Assembly (NCBI GenBank): GCA_965205025.1 | Contig: CBDBFU010000012.1 | Span: 256,001-320,000 of the forward strand | Length of the DNA stretch: 64,000 nt | Reading direction: 5' to 3' | Source: Candidatus Poribacteria bacterium | GTDB lineage: Bacteria; Poribacteria; WGA-4E; WGA-3G | Part shown: piece by piece, positions 57,008 through 64,000 of the stretch | How positions within the stretch are numbered: position 1 is the stretch's first letter | Layout of the letters: each line of letters begins with the position of its first letter | Position numbers and translations under genes: made by a program | The notes under the pieces: model-generated | The model's database searches: none | What the model was told of the DNA's origin: nothing | The model's input: only the letters and a program-made list of their open reading frames with translations

Positions 57008-58060
57008 CTACAGAGACCCATCACCAAATTGTTTCTTAAATAATTCTATGGTATTGTGGTCTGGATGATTTGGCAATTCTGCTGGGGATTCCCAATCCTC
57101 CTCTACCTCAGTCAATTTCACCGGCTTTCCATCGTTTTCTAATACTGACTTCCATCCTGCAAGAAAGACATTGGTTTTGTGCATTAACTGTCCAAAGGTC
57201 TGTGACATTTCGTTGTGTAATGCCATATTTTGGAAGGACCATATAGTCGGCAACCATATTTCAGTCTTATCATACGGATATCCCGTACCGGTATGTATTC
57301 TAAAATTCTCTCCACCATAAGCTTCAGAAGTATGTATTTGAACTGTACCCCATGAACCGCTTACCTGATGTAATGTCCCATAGAATTGGTGACCATCACT
57401 ATTAACATGTTCAAAGGTGATAACACCTGGTGGACTGTGCCAACTATCAGCTTGATAGGCTACGGATACCACAGGATTTCCTGCCTCTACTATTGCCTTA
57501 CATACCATATAAACCCCATGAATGCCGTGGGTTGGATAGTCATCAAAAGAATTCGTTGCAGTATAACAGACAATCTGCTTGTCAGTTGCCCATGCCTTAG
57601 CTCGAGAAATAGCATCGTTATGTTCATGACTTGATGGTGCAAGGATTGTTGCCCCACTCTTTTCTGCGAGTTCGACCATTTTCCGCGCTTTTGCAAGGGA
57701 ATTAGCAAACGGACGATTGATAAGGTTCGGTAATCCAGCCTCAAGATACGGTTCATGAAGGATATGGTTCCATGGATGATTATAGTAACCCCCTGAAATT
57801 ATACCATCCACCTTTCCTAACATATCATCAAAGTTCTTTACTACCTCGCAACCGTAAGAATCGGCTATTGCTTTCGCTTTATCATATTCGATATCCCAAC
57901 AGTGGGTAACCCGCATTCCAGTAAACGGTGTATCTTTCTGTCCTGATCGGGGATTAATATGTGGTGCCCACAAAGGCATGTGTGAATAGGAGTCACAGTT
58001 TAGAAATCCAACGCGAAAAGGTTCATATTGAAGGGGGTGTGTTTCACTTGATTCTCGCAT
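57008..58060 (-). CDS. Gfo/Idh/MocA-like oxidoreductase
   Basis: 'RVGFLN..SH', 'THCWD', 'DDMLGKVDG', 'YLEAGLP.LINRPFA.SL..A'; ATG after AAGGAG at 58060. Confidence 0.7.
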   Translation of the reverse strand: MRESSETHPLQYEPFRVGFLNCDSYSHMPLWAPHINPRSGQKDTPFTGMRVTHCWDIEYDKAKAIADSYGCEVVKNFDDMLGKVDGIISGGYYNHPWNHILHEPYLEAGLPNLINRPFANSLAKARKMVELAEKSGATILAPSSHEHNDAISRAKAWATDKQIVCYTATNSFDDYPTHGIHGVYMVCKAIVEAGNPVVSVAYQADSWHSPPGVITFEHVNSDGHQFYGTLHQVSGSWGTVQIHTSEAYGGENFRIHTGTGYPYDKTEIWLPTIWSFQNMALHNEMSQTFGQLMHKTNVFLAGWKSVLENDGKPVKLTEVEEDWESPAELPNHPDHNTIELFKKQFGDGSL

Positions 58061-58234
58061 ATATATCTCCTTCGTGCTTAAAGACATTCAATAAGTTAGA
58101 TTCTTCTCAAATTAGGAGAAGAAGGTTTTAATAGATCTATAAATATGTATAATATAGTAGTCTAACCGTATTGTCAATTATCTGGTAACGTAGTAATCTG
58201 TGCGTAATACCGTAATCAGTTCTCTCTGTATAGT

Positions 58235-58521
58235 TGGTTTCAATCCAACAAAGTCAATGCTTTTTTGGATATCTAACGCAAGAGTTAATCTACCAACGAG
58301 TTGTTCAAGGTGCGCAATTCGCTCAATAGCATCGTTAGATTGCTTGTCTGTAGGTTCAAAAATTTCGCCGCATTTTCAAGGAGTTGGCGTTTCCACTTGG
58401 AAAGTTGTACTTGACTAATGTTATGTCGTCGACAGAGTTCTGCTTGTGAACTTTGACCACTAAGTGCTTCAATAACAACTTCAGCTTTAAATTCTGGTGT
58501 AAATGTTCTACGTTTTGCCAT
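58235..58521 (-). mobile_element. IS3-family OrfA remnant (frameshifted); its end lies beyond the nested IS630 at about 59731-59759
   Basis: 'MAKRRTFTPEFKAEVV.E.......AELCRRH.IS..QLSKWK', continuing in another frame 'RIAHLEQLVGRLTL'; IS3-like end actgccatcggaattttagaccac on the minus strand past 59731. Confidence 0.7.
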
Positions 58522-58567
58522 CGGATATTTCTTTCAATAAAATTGTAATTGTATCACAATCTTATCT

Positions 58568-59730
58568 TATACCATTTCTAATAAATTATATCACATTTTC
58601 GATCTTATTTATATAATCATACTTTGTTATGCTCTCAATAGCGATTTTAGTGTAACTTCGTATGATCTCAGTAAGTTTATCCTGCATCTCTTGTAATGAA
58701 GTCAGCACATTTTGAAATAACTTTGCTTTGATGTCTTGCCATAGTCTTTCAATAGGGTTCAACTCTGGACTATAAGGCGGTAGAAAGAGGAATACTATAT
58801 TCTCAGGAACTTGTAGTGATTTCGCTTGATGAAAACGCCCATTATCAAGGACAAGGATATTCAGAGTCCCCGGATAAACCTTAGCAAACTCATCAAGAAA
58901 TATTTGGAAACAGGTACTATTCAGATAAGGCATTTCAAGGAAAAAACTTTCTCCTGTTATCGGTTCCACAGCACCATATAGATAAAGGTTTTCATAGGTA
59001 TACCTGATATTAGCAATCGGTTTGACACCGGGGACTGTAATACGACGGTATGAAACAGGATGAAGACCAAATCTTGACTCATCTTGAAAAAACAGACGAA
59101 CTTTTTCAGACTCAGGATCGTTCTCCGAAATCGTTTCCTTGACTTTTTTTGGTAAGTCTAACTTGAAGGTTTCACCGGCTGTTTCGTTTTTTTTATATGA
59201 CTCTTGCGGGGCACTTTGGGTTTTGCTTTCCACTTATACCGAACCATCGAATGAACAGCAGTATATTTCATTTTGACATCAAATGTTTTTTCAATATAGT
59301 CTACTATCTGCTGATAACTGGAAAAAGCATCAGGTTTTTTGAGTTCAGCAAGCAAGATTTCTTGTTGTTCTTCGGTAAGTTGAGCTGGACGCCCGGGGGG
59401 AATAATCCCGTGCTAAAAGTGCTTCAAGTCCACCAGATGCGTATGTTTGGAACCAATGCCCAACGGTTTTCCTATCAACCCCTATTTTCGCAGCGATTTC
59501 CTTACGATTTAGCCTTTTCTCACTACAAAATAGGTATAGGGCTTTCAGTCTTTTCTTTTGGTAACTGATTGATGTTTTTTTCATCATTTTTTTCAAGTCA
59601 GAAACACTTTCTGTAATCTGTGCGGGTTTTAACATAATTAATATTCATCCTATCAACTATAAATTTGTAATAAAATATAACAGAAAACAAAAAATATTAA
59701 AAGCGAAAATATTAACTGAAAATGGTATTA
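58568..59730 (-). mobile_element. IS630-family insertion sequence (split ORFs)
   Basis: DDE domain 'FQDESRFG', 'LVLDNGRFH', 'FLPPYSPELNPIERLW'; HTH ORFs upstream; A8 slippery run at about 59187-59194; extra base in G6 run at 59395-59400; ends (t/a)ataccattt. Confidence 0.9.
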
Positions 59731-60220
59731 GATTGTGGTCTAAAATTCCGATGGCAGTAAAATTCAATAATAATACAAGAAATCTGATTGCTCTGATATT
59801 ATGTTATCTATTTAATCCATCTATTGTGAGATTGGGGTATCCTATGTAAAGAATTTATATAGATTAATCTAATTGAAATTCTTTGCAAGAAACTTGTAAG
59901 AACGTGCTATTATATTAATTCCAATAATAACGCTTATCAGAGTTGACTACAGGTTCGAAATGTGTTAATATATATTTTACCAATGATTATACAGAAAAAC
60001 ACAACTGATATATAACTTTCATTATATCAATCTATATTGTTGTAAATGATGTCATCTGTATATACTTAGCCTGATATTTGATTTGGTAATGATTATTAAA
60101 CTACTTTCTAACACCATACAATTCTATAAATCTTTACTATTAACACACCTTGAAGATTAGATTTATTATTCTTAAGAACTTATACTCTATGACTTTCTCT
60201 ATATAATTAGGTAGATTAAA

Positions 60221-62755
60221 ATGACTACTTACAAAGAAGAAATCCAACAATCAATAGTTTCCTTAAATCATAATAAATGCAAACTGCCCATATTAAGTAA
60301 AGATATATTCGATAAAATAGTTGATTACATTATTCAAGCGTTCCAGACTGAAAATCATCAGAATTTAGTATCCCATGTTGATGTTGAAATTGATGAACTT
60401 CCAAATGTATGGAAAAGGTATAATACAATAAAACCTAGTGAACTATTATTTTGTATTGAAACGAGTCTCTTCATCTGGATTAATGGTCTTTTGTTAAAAT
60501 ATGCTGTTGACTTAGAATTAGTAAAATCGTCACTATTTGAACCTCAATATACTACCGGACACGAAATTTACACTGAATTTACACGTCTGACCAATATTTT
60601 TCCAGAAAAAACTTTGGCGGATGAAAAATATTCCTGGTGGTGGAAATCAGATAGTGGCATTTCATCAGAAGTATGGAATTTAATTAAAACTCCACTTACA
60701 CTTTCTGAAATTAGATTTCTAGATGGAAATATCATTTCAGATCTTTATATGGAGTTTTTTCCACAAGAACTACGGAAGACATCTGGTGAATTTTATACGG
60801 ACAGAAGGATTATTGAATACATCCTTGATTGGGTTGGCTATACTTCTGAACAGAATCGAAATGCAAGAGGTTCTCTATCTTCAAAATGCATCATTGATCC
60901 GGCATGTGGAGCAGGTTCATTTCTTATATCTGCTTTAAAACGATATTTTCAGGATTATATAGTTGATAATAAATGGGTCACGGATGGTATTAGTGACTTG
61001 ATAATGTTAAAAAGAGTTGTAGGAGTTGATATCAATCCGTTTGCCTGTAGCTTAGCCAGATTAGGCTATTTTGTTGATTTAATTCCATATTTAATTCTTG
61101 CAAAAATTGAACAGAATAAGTTTCCGGAAATTCCATCTCTACCTATTATACATGCTGATTCTTTAATTAATCTAGATGGGGAAATAGTGAATAATTCATA
61201 TGACTATGTGGTTAGTAATCCACCATATGTAAGGATTCAAAAAATAAATTCACATGATACTAAGCAATCTTACTTAAGTTCTTATGTCTCAGCTGTAGGA
61301 AGGTTTGACCTTTATTCTCTCTTCATTGAACGAGGTCTTCAACTTCTAAAGTCTGATGGGATATTGGGGTATATAACATCCAATAAATTTATGACAACTA
61401 ATGCTGGAAAGGGAATAAGACAAGTTATCTCAAAAAGAGCTACTATTAAGCACTTGTTTGACCTTTCTGATACGAAAGTTTTTGAAGCGGCAGTACTTCC
61501 TTGTGTGTTGATTCTTAAAAACTGCAAAAACAAGAATGAGACATTTCCATTTGGATTACTTCGTGAAACTATCTATGACAAAAATTTAAAAAACGTTAGT
61601 GATGTATTTAATTACATTCGACGATATATTGCTATGGATTTCTATCAAGAAAAGGTGAACATTCAATCAAACCTAACTCGTAAAGTTAGTTTAGATATGC
61701 GAATAATTCGGTCCTTACAACCACAAGATGATGGTGACTCATGGCACTTTCTTTCTCCTGCAGAACAATCGGTCATTGATGGAATAGAAGTAAATGATAC
61801 TATTCCTTTAGGTAAAATCTCCAAGATTATATCAGGTTTAAAAACAACTGCTGATAGTGTATTCATTCACCCGATGACAGCATCATTTATTGAGAAACTA
61901 AAACTTGAGAAGGATCTTATATATCCATTTATTCAAGCAAGTAATATTGATAAATGGAAAATTCAGTGGACGGGTACACAAGAAAAAATTGATACGTATG
62001 TTCTCTACCCCCATTTAGTTACGGATAATAAGGTGGTTGCTATTAATCTTAATGACTATCCTAATACTAGTAGGTACTTAAAATCTCACTATGAGAGACT
62101 TTCTAATAGACAATATTTGAGAAATGCTGGTAGAAAATGGTATGAGATATGGGTTACTCAAAATCCCACCACATTTCAAAAACAGTTTAAAATAGTTACA
62201 CCTGATATTAAAACCCGTAATACGTTTGCTTTAGATACCAATGGTTATATGTCAGGAACATCATGCTTCGCAATTTTTCCGAATAAACAAACTAAAGAAG
62301 TGAGTTTTTATCTACTTGGAATCCTTAATTCAGATTTATTAGATTTTTATCATAAGGTAAAAGCAAGTACCTTCATTTATTCTGGACGATATCGATACTG
62401 GAAGAGTTATCTTATAAATTATCCTATCATTGATTGTCATCTAGGTACACCAAAATTAGAAGAATATTGGTTGAAGATGAAGCCTTTAATTTCAGATGTA
62501 TGCAAATTAGAATTTCAAAATGGTAATCTTAATTATGATCGTATCCCTATATCTCTTCCATGTGGTACTAATCCAACCACATTTTTTAGATTTGCGTTGC
62601 AAAAAGAAATTGTATCAGAGGTAGAAAGAATCTTGTCCTCAGATGTGAGTATGTTATCAATAACAGAAGCACGTTTAAACGATTTAGTATTCCATCTTTA
62701 CCAACTTGATGATTTTCTCAGATCAATTGTAGATAATAACTTAAGACATAATTGA
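60221..62755 (+). CDS. Type II N6-adenine DNA methyltransferase (gamma class, Eco57I/TaqI-like with TRD)
   Basis: 'GEFYT', motif I 'IDPACGAGSF', 'GVDINP', motif IV 'VSNPPY', 'DLY.LFIE', C-terminal TaqI_C-like 'KI.TPDI...F.LD...LLGILNS'. Confidence 0.92.
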   Translation: MTTYKEEIQQSIVSLNHNKCKLPILSKDIFDKIVDYIIQAFQTENHQNLVSHVDVEIDELPNVWKRYNTIKPSELLFCIETSLFIWINGLLLKYAVDLELVKSSLFEPQYTTGHEIYTEFTRLTNIFPEKTLADEKYSWWWKSDSGISSEVWNLIKTPLTLSEIRFLDGNIISDLYMEFFPQELRKTSGEFYTDRRIIEYILDWVGYTSEQNRNARGSLSSKCIIDPACGAGSFLISALKRYFQDYIVDNKWVTDGISDLIMLKRVVGVDINPFACSLARLGYFVDLIPYLILAKIEQNKFPEIPSLPIIHADSLINLDGEIVNNSYDYVVSNPPYVRIQKINSHDTKQSYLSSYVSAVGRFDLYSLFIERGLQLLKSDGILGYITSNKFMTTNAGKGIRQVISKRATIKHLFDLSDTKVFEAAVLPCVLILKNCKNKNETFPFGLLRETIYDKNLKNVSDVFNYIRRYIAMDFYQEKVNIQSNLTRKVSLDMRIIRSLQPQDDGDSWHFLSPAEQSVIDGIEVNDTIPLGKISKIISGLKTTADSVFIHPMTASFIEKLKLEKDLIYPFIQASNIDKWKIQWTGTQEKIDTYVLYPHLVTDNKVVAINLNDYPNTSRYLKSHYERLSNRQYLRNAGRKWYEIWVTQNPTTFQKQFKIVTPDIKTRNTFALDTNGYMSGTSCFAIFPNKQTKEVSFYLLGILNSDLLDFYHKVKASTFIYSGRYRYWKSYLINYPIIDCHLGTPKLEEYWLKMKPLISDVCKLEFQNGNLNYDRIPISLPCGTNPTTFFRFALQKEIVSEVERILSSDVSMLSITEARLNDLVFHLYQLDDFLRSIVDNNLRHN

Positions 62756-63910
62756 TGTTGGGATAGAAATTTGAAGCTTAAAGTTTGACCCTTCAGAAAT
62801 TGAGAAATAATTATCAAACATACCACCGGACGTTATAACAATTGAGTCCACAAAAAAGTTCAGGTATTTATCTTGTTTCATAAGAGCAACAACATACCTA
62901 ATTTCTTGAGGAGATATTTCCCATTTGTTCCAGGGTGCTTGAATTGCTCTTAAATCATTAGGGAGATATTTTCCTAGATCAATTGTATCACGAAACTGGA
63001 ATTTAACCTCAATAAGTTGGTGTAGTAAATCTGGATAATCCCCTATATCAGTTTGCTGATAAGATGGATACCCGAGAGTTTTAATAATTTCTTTCTCTAA
63101 GGCTTGACCAATTAATCTTTCTTGTCCAGATCCTAGATTATCAAACTTTCTTCCAATTAATGGTCTTAGGAAGAGTGCTATCTCTTCATTAGTGAAAAAA
63201 GATGCTGGAGTGGGAGGTCGTTTGATTAGAGGAGAGGTTAATTTTTCTGATTCATTGATGATAAATTCTGATTTCTTCCATAACGGCTGTTCCATATATA
63301 TACTGACTTTGTTTCGAAGCGTCTCTACCGGACTGAAAATAACTTGAGAAGAGATTTCATCCCTATAACTCCGCTTCGCATATGCTTGCCATTTAATAGT
63401 TCGCGTACCAGTATTATCCCAGTCCGCAAGTTCATTTCCACTTATAAGAGCAGTTTTAGTAATAAGACCATCAGGATTGTGAAATACAAGAAGATAGCGA
63501 CAATCAATGTAGCGGATTGGTGAATTGTTCTCTTCATTCCATTCACCAGGAATAGCAATATCTGCATAAGGCACGTAATTCCAGATCTGTAGATTTCCTC
63601 TTGATTGCACGAAAATATCGAGCATCTGATGAATAAATTTTGGCTTATGTAGTCTCGCTTGTTTAGTTCTAAGTCCAGATGGCTTGCGGTACCTCAACAA
63701 TTCAATAATTTGAGTCTTTACCCATTGAGATTTTTGAACAGTTGAAAGTTCGGAAGGTATTAATGTATTTATGATTGGATTTGTAAGTCTAAGTATTTCA
63801 TTATCTGTGTAAAGGGCATTCGAATTGGGTGGTGTAAAAATTAAAAAATTTTCAGGTGGCAATTGATTTTCTAAATCTTGAATGTTCGATATCTTGGCAT
63901 CTAGATTCAT
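62741..63910 (-). CDS. Putative restriction endonuclease (PD-(D/E)xK), convergent with the MTase
   Basis: 'GQALE' helix plus 'YPDLLHQLIEVKFQ...IDLG'; 15-bp overlap with MTase 3' end; AGGAG RBS. Confidence 0.7.
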   Translation of the reverse strand: MNLDAKISNIQDLENQLPPENFLIFTPPNSNALYTDNEILRLTNPIINTLIPSELSTVQKSQWVKTQIIELLRYRKPSGLRTKQARLHKPKFIHQMLDIFVQSRGNLQIWNYVPYADIAIPGEWNEENNSPIRYIDCRYLLVFHNPDGLITKTALISGNELADWDNTGTRTIKWQAYAKRSYRDEISSQVIFSPVETLRNKVSIYMEQPLWKKSEFIINESEKLTSPLIKRPPTPASFFTNEEIALFLRPLIGRKFDNLGSGQERLIGQALEKEIIKTLGYPSYQQTDIGDYPDLLHQLIEVKFQFRDTIDLGKYLPNDLRAIQAPWNKWEISPQEIRYVVALMKQDKYLNFFVDSIVITSGGMFDNYFSISEGSNFKLQISIPTSIMS

Positions 63911-64000
63911 TGTATACTCCTACTACAATTTCAAACTATAGAAGATATCTTAAATACACATTAATTGCTGTTGTGTATTCATATAGATATCTATACTTAC

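Noticed and set aside
59760-60220. AT-rich gap upstream of the MTase as a controller (C) protein gene or ncRNA
   Set aside because: No ORF with an HTH pattern and no convincing structure or repeats seen.
1-64000. tRNA, rRNA and CRISPR arrays
   Set aside because: None recognised by eye; tRNAscan-SE, Infernal and a CRISPR finder would be needed to exclude them formally.

Overview
AT-rich bacterial chromosomal window. Gene content suggests Candidatus Poribacteria or a similar PVC-like lineage (inference, not tested): DUF1501/WD40/PPC cluster, LamG proteins ending in a 'K...TW..K' tail, ECF-sigma/beta-propeller fusion, phytanoyl-CoA dioxygenase, many REP/MITE-type repeats. Metabolic and secreted-protein genes surround two accessory or defence regions. 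Region 1 (about 13.6-24.6 kb) holds an ISAs1 remnant, a three-gene operon nurA-like, herA-like and [YaaA/DUF6884-like + DpdA transglycosylase fusion], a repeat-mosaic spacer, decayed toxin-antitoxin genes and a tcmP-DUF5131 radical SAM pair. Region 2 (about 58.2-64 kb) holds an IS630 nested in an IS3 remnant, followed by a convergent N6-adenine methyltransferase/endonuclease pair. The best candidate for an undescribed system is the NurA-HerA-(DpdC-like)DpdA operon, a putative compact 7-deazaguanine DNA modification/restriction module lacking the canonical dpdB, dpdD-K and que genes in this window. Two intergenic regions 20 kb apart (20.1-21.6 kb and 41.4-42.2 kb) share several inverted homologous blocks with conserved palindromes. 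All family assignments come from motif recognition by eye; no database searches were run.
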